Notes under the pieces: model-generated
Told to the model about the DNA's origin: nothing
Database searches by the model: none
What the model saw: only the letters and a program-made list of their open reading frames with translations
Assembly: GCA_041690135.1 (NCBI GenBank)
Contig: JAWLHY010000007.1
Coordinates: 128,001 to 192,000 of the forward strand
Direction of reading: 5' to 3'
DNA length: 64,000 nucleotides
Source of the DNA: Armatimonadota bacterium
Lineage (GTDB): Bacteria > Armatimonadota > SYMT01
Made by a program: the position numbers and the translations under genes
Part shown: positions 27,204-35,451 of the stretch, one piece after another
How the letters are laid out: each line of letters begins with the position of its first letter
Position numbering within the stretch: the stretch's first letter is position 1

Positions 27204-30200
27204 GTGCCTTTCATGTCTTATGCCACGGCGGTGGCCGAGGAATCGTTTTACGTCACGGGGGGAACCCTCCGCCACGACGCTCCCTGTTACGTAGAGCGCC
27301 GGGCCGATGTGGATCTTTACCAGGCGCTGAAGCGGCAGGAGTTCTGCTACGTCCTCACCTCCCGGCAGATGGGCAAATCGTCCCTGATGGTCCACACCGC
27401 CGTGCGGCTGCGCACGGAAGGCGTGGCAGTAGCCGTGCTGGACCTCACTGCCATCGGCCAGAACCTCAATCCCGAGCAGTGGTACGATGGTTTGCTGGTC
27501 CGCCTCGGCCGCCAACTCAACCTGGAAGACGAGCTCGAAGACTTTTGGTTGGACAATCCCCGGCTCGGACCGCTGCAGCGTTGGATGACCGCCCTCCGCG
27601 AGGTGGTGCTCGCGCGCTGTCCCGGCCCGGTGGTCCTCTTCGTGGACGAGATCGACGCCGTCCGCTCGCTCCCCTTTTCGACCGACGAGTTCTTCGCCGC
27701 CATCCGTGAATTCCACAACCAGCGATCGGAAGATCCGGAACTGGAGCGGTTGACCTTTTGCCTGCTGGGCGTGGCCACCCCCTCGGACCTGATACGCGAT
27801 GTGCGCACCACGCCCTTCAACATCGGTCTCCGGATCGAGTTGCAGGACTTCAGCGAAGAAGAGGCGATGTTGCTCGCCCAGGGCCTGGGGCGGGACCGCG
27901 CCACTTCGGAGGCCATTCTCAAACGGATCCTCTACTGGACCGGCGGCCATCCGTACCTGACCCAGCGCCTCTGTCAGGCCGTGGTTCAGGACCCGACCGT
28001 GAATGGCGCGGCCAGCATCGACCGGCTTTGCGAGGACCTGTTCCTCTCTCACCGTGCCCAGGAGAAGGATGATAATCTCCTTTTCGTCCGGGAGCGGATG
28101 CTGCGAAGCGAGGCCGACCTGGCCAGCGTGCTCGACCTGTACGCCCAGGTGCGGAGCGGGCGCCGCATTCCCGACGACGAAATGGATCCCCTGGTGAGCG
28201 TTCTGAAGCTTTCCGGCATCACTCGCGTCCAGGAAACCTGCCTTTGGGTCCACAACCGCATCTATTACCGGGTCTTTGATCAGGAGTGGATCAAGGTTCA
28301 CATGCCGGACGCGGAACTGCGCCGGCAGCAGGCCGCTTTCCGCAAAGGCTTGATCCGCGCGGCGATGGTGTCGGCCGGAATCCTCGTGGTTGTGGTGGGG
28401 CTGGCCGTTTCCGCCTGGCAACAGGCCCTGGCCGCCAACCGCGCCCGCGACGAGGTGCGCAAGCGGGAGCAGGAGGCGCGCCGCATCCTCTATGTTGCGC
28501 GAATGAATCTCGCCCAGCGTGCCATCGATGGGGACGACGTGCCCCGAGCCAGCGAATTGCTGGCTCGCTACGACAGGCCCGCGACGGGTGCCACACTGGA
28601 CGAATCGGGCCTGCGGCGCTTCGAGTGGTTCTACCTATGGAACCGGGCACAGAGCCAGTCGCTGATGCATACCCTGGACCGGCACACCCGCTTTGTGCTG
28701 GCCGTGGCCTACTCCCCGAAGACGGGTCTGGTGGCCTCCGGAAGCGCCGACCACACGATCCGCTTGTGGGACCCGTCCACCGGACGCGAGGTGGGGAATC
28801 TCGAAGGCCATACGAGCGGCGTAACGTCGCTGGCGATATCTTCGGACGGCAAATACCTGGCCTCGGGAAGCGATGACCGCACCGTGCGCCTCTGGGACCT
28901 GGAGCAGCGCCGGTCCCTGGGGACGATGACCGGCCATAAGGCCAAGGTGTGGTCCGTGGCGTTCCATCCCAGCCAACCGTTTCTGGCCAGCGCCAGTGAA
29001 GACGGCAGCGCCCGCATCTGGGACATCCAGTCGCGCGCGGAGCGGCAGCGGCTGCTGGGCCACAAGCACGCCATCGGGAGCGTGACTTTTTCCCGCGACG
29101 GCCGCTTCCTCGCCACAGGGAGCGCCGATCGTACGGCTCGGATCTGGGATACCTCGTCCTGGAGACCTGTGCGCGACCTGGCTGTGGGAGCACCCGTGTT
29201 CAGCGTTGCGTTCTCCGCTTCCGGCGAATCCCTGGCCACGGGAAGCCAGGACCGCCTGGTCCGCCTGTGGGATGTTGCTTCCGGCCGGCTCAACACCTCC
29301 CTGAAGGGGCACACCGACGCCGTGCTCAGCGTGGCCTTCTCGCCGGACGGCCGCCTGCTCGCCAGCGGCGGGTACGACAACCTCTTGCGCCTGTGGGACC
29401 TCTCCACGCGGCGGGAAGTGATGGCCTTCCGCGGCCACGATGGCGGTATTAACAGCCTGGCCTGGTCGGCGGGCGGGGGGAGGCTCGCCACCGCCAGCGA
29501 CGACCGCACCGTCCGCATCTGGAAGCCCACGACCCGCAAGAAGAACGACCTCCTCCGGGGTCACACCCGCCCGGTTCTCGCCACTGTGGTATCACCGGAC
29601 GGCCGTACGGTGTTCACCGGCTGCGAGGATAAAGCGATCCGCCTTTGGGATACGCAATCGGGTGCGAAGGTACGCGCCTTCACCGGGCACTCCCGCTATG
29701 TGGCGTCTCTCGCCTGCTCCCCGGATGGACGGCTCCTGGCTTCGGGCAGCGGGGACCGTACGGCGCGCTTGTGGGACGTAGCTTCCGGCAAGCAACTTCA
29801 GGTCTTCAAGGGCTTTCCTTATGAAGTCGCCGTCGCGTTTTCTCCAGACGGTGGCACTCTCGCAGTCTGGAGCCTGGATAAACAGCGCTCCGTGCACCTA
29901 TACAATGTGGCGACCGGCGAAAAAATGGGTGAGTTGGCGGGTCATCAAGATGCGGTCCGCTCCGTGGCTTTCTCGCCTGACCGCAAGTGGGTCGCCACCG
30001 CCAGCCGCGACAAAACCGTCAAGCTCTGGAACGCCGCGGATCGGACGGAAGCCGCTACTCTAACGGGCCATCTCGACTCAGTCAACCTGGTGGCGTTCCA
30101 ACCGGATAGCCGGCTGCTGGCCAGCGCGGGGCAGGACAACCGGGTGAAGCTTTGGGACCTGGCTACCCGAAAGGAAGTAGGAGACCTGGGCGGCCACAAA

Positions 30201-30455
30201 AAGCCGGTTTCCAGCCTGGTGTTCCATCCGGACCCCTCTTCGCACCGCCTCGCCACCGGGAGCTTCGACAACACGGTGAAGCTCTGGGACGTCCAGGTCA
30301 AAGAAGAGGTGGTGACGCTGCGCGGTCACTCCAACTGGGTCCACGCCGTAGCCTTTTCCCCAACCGCAGACTTCCTCGTGACCGCCAGCGCGGATCGCTC
30401 GGTGCGGTTCTGGCGCGCCGCCTCCGCCGAAGAAGTCTCCCAACGGTCCGAGTAG
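27204..30455 (+). CDS. AAA_35 (STAND) NTPase + TM helix + ~14 canonical WD40 repeats
   Basis: FYVTGGTL, TSRQMGKSS, LFVDEID; repeated GH...LASGS.D.T.RLWD. Confidence 0.95.
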   Translation: MPFMSYATAVAEESFYVTGGTLRHDAPCYVERRADVDLYQALKRQEFCYVLTSRQMGKSSLMVHTAVRLRTEGVAVAVLDLTAIGQNLNPEQWYDGLLVRLGRQLNLEDELEDFWLDNPRLGPLQRWMTALREVVLARCPGPVVLFVDEIDAVRSLPFSTDEFFAAIREFHNQRSEDPELERLTFCLLGVATPSDLIRDVRTTPFNIGLRIELQDFSEEEAMLLAQGLGRDRATSEAILKRILYWTGGHPYLTQRLCQAVVQDPTVNGAASIDRLCEDLFLSHRAQEKDDNLLFVRERMLRSEADLASVLDLYAQVRSGRRIPDDEMDPLVSVLKLSGITRVQETCLWVHNRIYYRVFDQEWIKVHMPDAELRRQQAAFRKGLIRAAMVSAGILVVVVGLAVSAWQQALAANRARDEVRKREQEARRILYVARMNLAQRAIDGDDVPRASELLARYDRPATGATLDESGLRRFEWFYLWNRAQSQSLMHTLDRHTRFVLAVAYSPKTGLVASGSADHTIRLWDPSTGREVGNLEGHTSGVTSLAISSDGKYLASGSDDRTVRLWDLEQRRSLGTMTGHKAKVWSVAFHPSQPFLASASEDGSARIWDIQSRAERQRLLGHKHAIGSVTFSRDGRFLATGSADRTARIWDTSSWRPVRDLAVGAPVFSVAFSASGESLATGSQDRLVRLWDVASGRLNTSLKGHTDAVLSVAFSPDGRLLASGGYDNLLRLWDLSTRREVMAFRGHDGGINSLAWSAGGGRLATASDDRTVRIWKPTTRKKNDLLRGHTRPVLATVVSPDGRTVFTGCEDKAIRLWDTQSGAKVRAFTGHSRYVASLACSPDGRLLASGSGDRTARLWDVASGKQLQVFKGFPYEVAVAFSPDGGTLAVWSLDKQRSVHLYNVATGEKMGELAGHQDAVRSVAFSPDRKWVATASRDKTVKLWNAADRTEAATLTGHLDSVNLVAFQPDSRLLASAGQDNRVKLWDLATRKEVGDLGGHKKPVSSLVFHPDPSSHRLATGSFDNTVKLWDVQVKEEVVTLRGHSNWVHAVAFSPTADFLVTASADRSVRFWRAASAEEVSQRSE

Positions 30456-30489
30456 GCGCATTGGGTTCCATTGGGAGCGTGTGGGCGAC

Positions 30490-31064
30490 GGCCGAGGCGT
30501 GGGGTCTCACCCCTGGTAATAGCCCTAACCTACCTAAAGTTAACCGAACCCGTAGTGGTACCCAAAGGTAGCAGAGGGCCTCGTGCCCGTTGGTTACGGT
30601 ACGAGCATGGTGCCAAACTCGGACACGGCCCTGGTGACGAACCACTCCTGCAATGGGGCCGGTGCTTGCGAGTTTGGTAACAAATCACCGCTTCAGGATC
30701 AACGGGTCTCGGTCATGGTACGCGCATAACGCACAACTCGGACACGCACCTGGTGCCGATCAACTCCGGTTGTGGGGTTCGCAGTTGCGACATGGGTTAC
30801 CCAACTCCGCTTTGCACGCTGTGCCGCGGAAACTGCAGCTGCGGGTACACACCGGCGCATAGCGTGCCCAAGCACAGCCGCACGTACGCGCTGCGTATCC
30901 GCCGGGTTTGGTTCATCTCCCAGGACGGGTGCCCGTGATCACAACCTGGTGAGGTTCACCTCATGCGTCTACCGTAACCAACGGGCACGAGGCCCTCTGC
31001 TACCTTGCGCGACCAAAACTGGTTCAACTATCCTGGGCGCGTACCGTTGCGAATGCCTACGGCC
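30490..31064 (+). other. ~575-nt foldback element (structured ncRNA, invertible cassette or MITE candidate)
   Basis: Perfect 37-bp inverted repeat at 30565-30601 / 30970-31006, plus nested stems with G-U pairs on the + strand. Confidence 0.6.
30598..30835 (+). repeat. Two diverged direct repeats, period 119 nt, encoding Cys-containing peptide units
   Basis: ggtacg.gcat...aactcggacacg..cctggtg.cga...actcc...tgggg...ttgcga...ccgctt at 30598 and 30717. Confidence 0.7.
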
Positions 31065-31074
31065 TTCAGAGCAA

Positions 31075-32634
31075 CTACGCCATCCAACCGGCACTTCGAA
31101 AGAACGACTGGACCTGGGCCGGGGTGCAGTCCAGTTTGTTTGCGCCGCGGACCACGTCTTCCAGGTCCACGCCGTACCAGTTTCGCTTACCGGGATCGCA
31201 CAAGCCCGCGATGTTGAAGGGGTCCAACTCGCGGTAGAGCGCCTCGACCTGCGGCGGAGTGAGCCTACCGTTCGTCCGGGCGAAGTTGCAGTACCGGTCG
31301 AATACCTCCGTGAACCTCGGACGGTTTCCCAGGAGGAACTGGTTCGCCAGTGCCCGGCGATCCAGCCGGCGTGCCATTTCGCTGTAGCTGGCGGCGGCGA
31401 AGTAGAGCATTGTGAGCGCCGCGAAGGAGGGGAAATCTCCGAAACAACGGTAGCAGGCGCCGACCAGCCGGGCGGCGGCGTCCACTTCGCGCAGGGACTG
31501 TTCGCGGTAGGCTGTTAGGGCTTCCGCTCCGGGCTTGCCTCCGCTCTCCTGGAGGAGTTCTCCCAGACGCTGCACACCCAGAAGCGTCAGGGGAAAGCCG
31601 GTACTGAGCAGCGGGTCCACGAATGCCATGGCGGAGGGGAGAACGGCCGCCCCTTCCAGCACCGGCGACATGCAGCGGTAGGGAAGGCGCGCCGCATGGA
31701 TGAACGGGGTGACCGCTTCCGCTCCGGCGAACTGCTCTCGCACCGCCGGCATCCGGTCCAGGAGTTTTCGCCATGCCCCGGCCGGCTCCCGCGCACCCAA
31801 TTCCCGAGCGAGATCCGCATCAAGTGCGGCTCCCGCGCTGGTGATCCCATTGTTGAACCGCAGCACCCAGATCCAGCCGCCGGGGAATATGTGGTGGAGG
31901 GCGGCGTCGTCCGGCGGGTAGGGTGGGCGTGCCGGCAGTTTTCCCGTAGCCGCTATGTGTTCTTGGGTCGCGAATCGACCCACTCCCGTGAAGTGGGCGA
32001 AGATGGCTTCCGTTTCGGGGAAATCGGGGAAGCGAGACTCTTCCCAGCCGTGGATGCGGGCCAGGGCTCCCCGGGGGCCCGAGGCATCCACCACGAACCG
32101 GGCCCGGTACGTCTCCGTCTGACCCTGCCGGGATCCCTTCAACTCCACGGAGAGGCCGTCTCGGTCCAACGTCTTCAGGTCGAACCGGTCCCGGTATTCT
32201 GCTCCCAACTGCTGGGCTTCCCGCACCAGGAAGTGGTCGAACTCCGAGCGGTACCAATGCGTATCCGCGACAGCGTCGTTGGGAGAGGCGGCGACCAGGA
32301 GCTGCCGATCGGGGCTCTCGGCCGGATCATTGGCTACCCCCTCGGGATGGTGATAGAAGCTGAACCCGCGCTTGAGGCCTACGGTCAGCTCCGGGTAGGC
32401 GGTGCGCCAGGTCCCGTAGGCGGTGAGCGGGAGCAGGCGGGGCAGGTCGTATGTCCGGGCGATCTCTTCCAGCAGCAGGTTTGCCAACGGCGAGGTCGAT
32501 TCTCCGATGGCAAAGCGAGGATGGCTGCCGCGCTCCAGCATCAGCACGCTCAAACCCAGGCGCCGGCCGATCATGCCCAGCAGCGAGCCGGCAAAGCCGG
32601 TGCCCAAAACGACAAGGTCGAAAGCGTGCGTCAC
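31075..32634 (-). CDS. Flavin-dependent halogenase-like oxidoreductase
   Basis: GTGFAG, FAIGES, GLKRGF (catalytic Lys position), WIWVL, FVDPLLSTG; GTG overlaps the rSAM stop. Confidence 0.85.
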   Translation of the reverse strand: MTHAFDLVVLGTGFAGSLLGMIGRRLGLSVLMLERGSHPRFAIGESTSPLANLLLEEIARTYDLPRLLPLTAYGTWRTAYPELTVGLKRGFSFYHHPEGVANDPAESPDRQLLVAASPNDAVADTHWYRSEFDHFLVREAQQLGAEYRDRFDLKTLDRDGLSVELKGSRQGQTETYRARFVVDASGPRGALARIHGWEESRFPDFPETEAIFAHFTGVGRFATQEHIAATGKLPARPPYPPDDAALHHIFPGGWIWVLRFNNGITSAGAALDADLARELGAREPAGAWRKLLDRMPAVREQFAGAEAVTPFIHAARLPYRCMSPVLEGAAVLPSAMAFVDPLLSTGFPLTLLGVQRLGELLQESGGKPGAEALTAYREQSLREVDAAARLVGACYRCFGDFPSFAALTMLYFAAASYSEMARRLDRRALANQFLLGNRPRFTEVFDRYCNFARTNGRLTPPQVEALYRELDPFNIAGLCDPGKRNWYGVDLEDVVRGANKLDCTPAQVQSFFRSAGWMA

Positions 32635-33614
32635 GAGCAACTCCGGCACGTCACGGGATCGATGATTTCCTGGCGGGCATTCATGAACCGGAGGCGTTGG
32701 GCCCGCCCCTCCGCGCACTCCGCACAGGTCGCGAACTGCTCCAGGTCCCAGAGGTCCGCGAGGACGCGCCCTGCCCCCAGGGAGAGCCCAAACTCGAGGG
32801 CGGCCTCTACCGAGTGCAGGGTCGGAGGCGAGAACTCCCCATCAGCCTGTAACGCCTCCATGGCGCCGTTCCCTGCTCGGGTGGGGATGAGCGAGCAGGT
32901 CTCCGCACCGCACTCGAAGGCAAACTCCAGCGAGCGCTTCGCCCACTCCACTCCTTCGGCCTCCGTCATCCACGGGGGGCGGACCAGTAGGAACACTCGG
33001 AGCGCGACCCCTTCCTGCTTCAGCTGCCGCGCCGACTTCCGGAACTGCTCCAGCGTCATCCGCTTGTTCAGCCGGTCCAGCACCACCGGATGGACCGTCT
33101 CCAGTCCCATGGCGATTTCCAGGCGAGGGCCGGTCCGACCACTCTCCGTCAGGAGGTCACGGAACCGCCACGTCCGGCGTCCGATGACTGCCGGGTGACA
33201 CTCCACAATAACGCGTTCGAAAGGCGCCGCCAGGGCGGCAATCTCCGCGTACTCCGCGGGGGGGATCGCCGCCGGGTCGAAGAAGCTGCCGGCGTTGTAC
33301 AGTTTGAGTTGTCGAGCCGGTTCCAGGCGTTCCAGCGCATACCGGATCTGCGCCGCGATTGCCCCGTCCGGAACTGTTCCCTCCAGCGTGTTCTGCCAGA
33401 GGTCGCACATCAGGCAGCGATACGGGCATTCCCGGTTCGTGAGCAGGACCGTGCCAATGGGGATTTCTCCGCCACCGAGATTCGGCTCCGTCTCGTTGAA
33501 GAACGCATAGGGAAGCCGCGGGTCCAGCCGGTTCCGCGGCCCCCGTCGCTCCAGGATCCAGCGATCCCGGTCACTTGCGTTCAAGTATCCCAGCGCTTGG
33601 TTGTAATTCGACAC
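32631..33614 (-). CDS. Radical SAM protein, RaSEA/TIGR01210-like
   Basis: CPYRCLMC, KLYNAGSFFD, EIAMGLET, VFLLVRPP, FSPPTL. Confidence 0.8.
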   Translation of the reverse strand: MSNYNQALGYLNASDRDRWILERRGPRNRLDPRLPYAFFNETEPNLGGGEIPIGTVLLTNRECPYRCLMCDLWQNTLEGTVPDGAIAAQIRYALERLEPARQLKLYNAGSFFDPAAIPPAEYAEIAALAAPFERVIVECHPAVIGRRTWRFRDLLTESGRTGPRLEIAMGLETVHPVVLDRLNKRMTLEQFRKSARQLKQEGVALRVFLLVRPPWMTEAEGVEWAKRSLEFAFECGAETCSLIPTRAGNGAMEALQADGEFSPPTLHSVEAALEFGLSLGAGRVLADLWDLEQFATCAECAEGRAQRLRFMNARQEIIDPVTCRSCS

Positions 33615-33788
33615 AGAAGGACACAGAGACTACAGAAAGGACACAGAATTCGAATCGGCAGGTGTGTCTTGGAATGTTCGGCACCTTTCCCCATGGGGCT
33701 CTCCGGTGAGATTGGGGACCTTCGGTTTCCTCTCCATTGTTCGGAATCTGTGTTCCCTCTCGTCCACTCTGTGTCCCTCTGTGTCGAA
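33607..33788. repeat. Imperfect inverted-repeat element built of ACACAGA / TCTGTGT units
   Basis: ttcgacacagaaggacacagag... / ...ctctgtgtccctctgtgtcgaa. Confidence 0.65.
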
Positions 33789-33791
33789 GAA

Positions 33792-35213
33792 TCATCCAGC
33801 CCCGGCGGGGATGTAGTTGCCGGAGAGGCGTTCGGCTTCCGGGTCCCAGGCGGTGCTCAGGCGCTCCTCCCACTGGCGCAAGAAGACACGACGGCACCAG
33901 GCTTTGCTGACCCGCCAGGCCCGGTAAGATTCGCCGGCGCCCTGCTGGAAGCGGCGCTTGGGAAAGACCGGCATCCGGGCTCCGGTGACCGCTTCGATGC
34001 CCGCCCGTACTACTTCCGATTTCAGGTGGTAAAGCCGTTCGGCACTCCCCTCGATGAGTTGTTCGAACGGAATGGCCAGGGAGGCCGCGATAGCACTGCG
34101 GGTGGTGAAGGGGCTGAAGGCGGTGAACCCGGTGGCGCGGGCCGGAGCGTACGTGCGCACATAGGCCCGCGAGAGCCCGCCCGAATAGGTGAGGCTATGC
34201 TTGATGGCTTCGATGCCCCAGCCTTCCTGGTAGAGCAGCGGGTTCCGGAGCACGCTGGAGATCGTGAGGTCGGAATCTTCCAGGGGGTACGACTTGAGGT
34301 TTTCGTCGCCGCCGTCGCCGTCCAGGAGATAACGCAGCGAGGGGTACCGCTCGCGGATGGCATTCAACAGGAGCAGGCTGGCCGCGGCGCACTCCACGTC
34401 GAGCGGGTGATAGTCCTCGAGGATGCGGATGGTGCCCTCCAGGTCCGGGCGCGCGCCTTCGAGCCGGCAGACTTCCCAGGTATGTTCCAGGCCCAGTTCC
34501 CGGACGAACCGCTCGGCCTGCGCGGCATCTTCCCCGCCGCCGAGGTCCAGGGTGAACGCCCGCACCAGGTCCGGATTGCGTCCCAGTTCCGCCATGGCCC
34601 GACGGGCCAGCAGGAGCATCGCACCGCTGTCGACACCCCCTGAAAACAAAACGGCGACCGCTTCACCTTCGGGAACGCTGCGCAGCCATTCACGGGCCGA
34701 AGCGTAAGCGGCCTCAACATACGCGGTTCCCAGGGTCGGGATGTCGGCCGGCCCCTGGGCGATCGGCGGGTTGAAGAACCGGTGATAGCGCGGGTTCGGG
34801 TCCGGACAGCCGATCTGATCGATCTCCACCAGATAGTGGGCCGGAATCATCCGGGTGTAGAGGGGATCGAACTGCCAGCCGATCTTCTGCTCGCAGCAGT
34901 ATTCGTACAGCCGGTCGATGCGGTCCGCGACGACTAGGTACGGACCGTGAAACATCTTTGCCACGAAGTAGCGGAGGGGCAACCCGATGGTCCGCGCCAG
35001 CCGCACCGTCTGTCCGTCGCGGGCTACGGCGGCGAAATGGCCGTCCGTCCGCTCCAGCCGGGTGATGTCCCCCTCGTGCACTGCTGCCGCGATCTCTTCC
35101 GCGGTCGCGCCGACCAATCCGGAGACCCGCGGCCCGTCCAGGTCGACCAGTCGTTCCACTCCCATCAGCATGGCATTCTTCTCCTCGGCGATGGCTCTCA
35201 CACCCTTCAGCAA
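33792..35213 (-). CDS. Asparagine synthetase-related ATP pyrophosphatase
   Basis: PP-loop FSGGVDS, DGDGGDE; N-terminal Ntn-like region without a Cys1. Confidence 0.85.
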   Translation of the reverse strand: MLKGVRAIAEEKNAMLMGVERLVDLDGPRVSGLVGATAEEIAAAVHEGDITRLERTDGHFAAVARDGQTVRLARTIGLPLRYFVAKMFHGPYLVVADRIDRLYEYCCEQKIGWQFDPLYTRMIPAHYLVEIDQIGCPDPNPRYHRFFNPPIAQGPADIPTLGTAYVEAAYASAREWLRSVPEGEAVAVLFSGGVDSGAMLLLARRAMAELGRNPDLVRAFTLDLGGGEDAAQAERFVRELGLEHTWEVCRLEGARPDLEGTIRILEDYHPLDVECAAASLLLLNAIRERYPSLRYLLDGDGGDENLKSYPLEDSDLTISSVLRNPLLYQEGWGIEAIKHSLTYSGGLSRAYVRTYAPARATGFTAFSPFTTRSAIAASLAIPFEQLIEGSAERLYHLKSEVVRAGIEAVTGARMPVFPKRRFQQGAGESYRAWRVSKAWCRRVFLRQWEERLSTAWDPEAERLSGNYIPAGAG

Positions 35214-35451
35214 TTCTACGGAACTCCGGCAGTCCCGGAGATGAAAGCTTTTTAAGCTCCGCGCGCGAAGACTTATCTCATGGCGCCGGACTGTTGCCCC
35301 GCAATTCCTTTCCCGTGCTGCCGAGTTGATGTGAGCCGCCTACCGGTAATGCGGCACACGCAACCGCCCAGACTTCGTATCCGGTTTTGGTGAAGGAGCG
35401 GGGAGCTGCAGGCGGGGAACTAACCAGCATAACGGGGAAGGGAGCGGGCAC

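Noticed and set aside
30598-30835. Possible DGR TR/VR pair or retron msr-msd
   Set aside because: Differences between the copies are not adenine-specific and there is no reverse transcriptase in the window.
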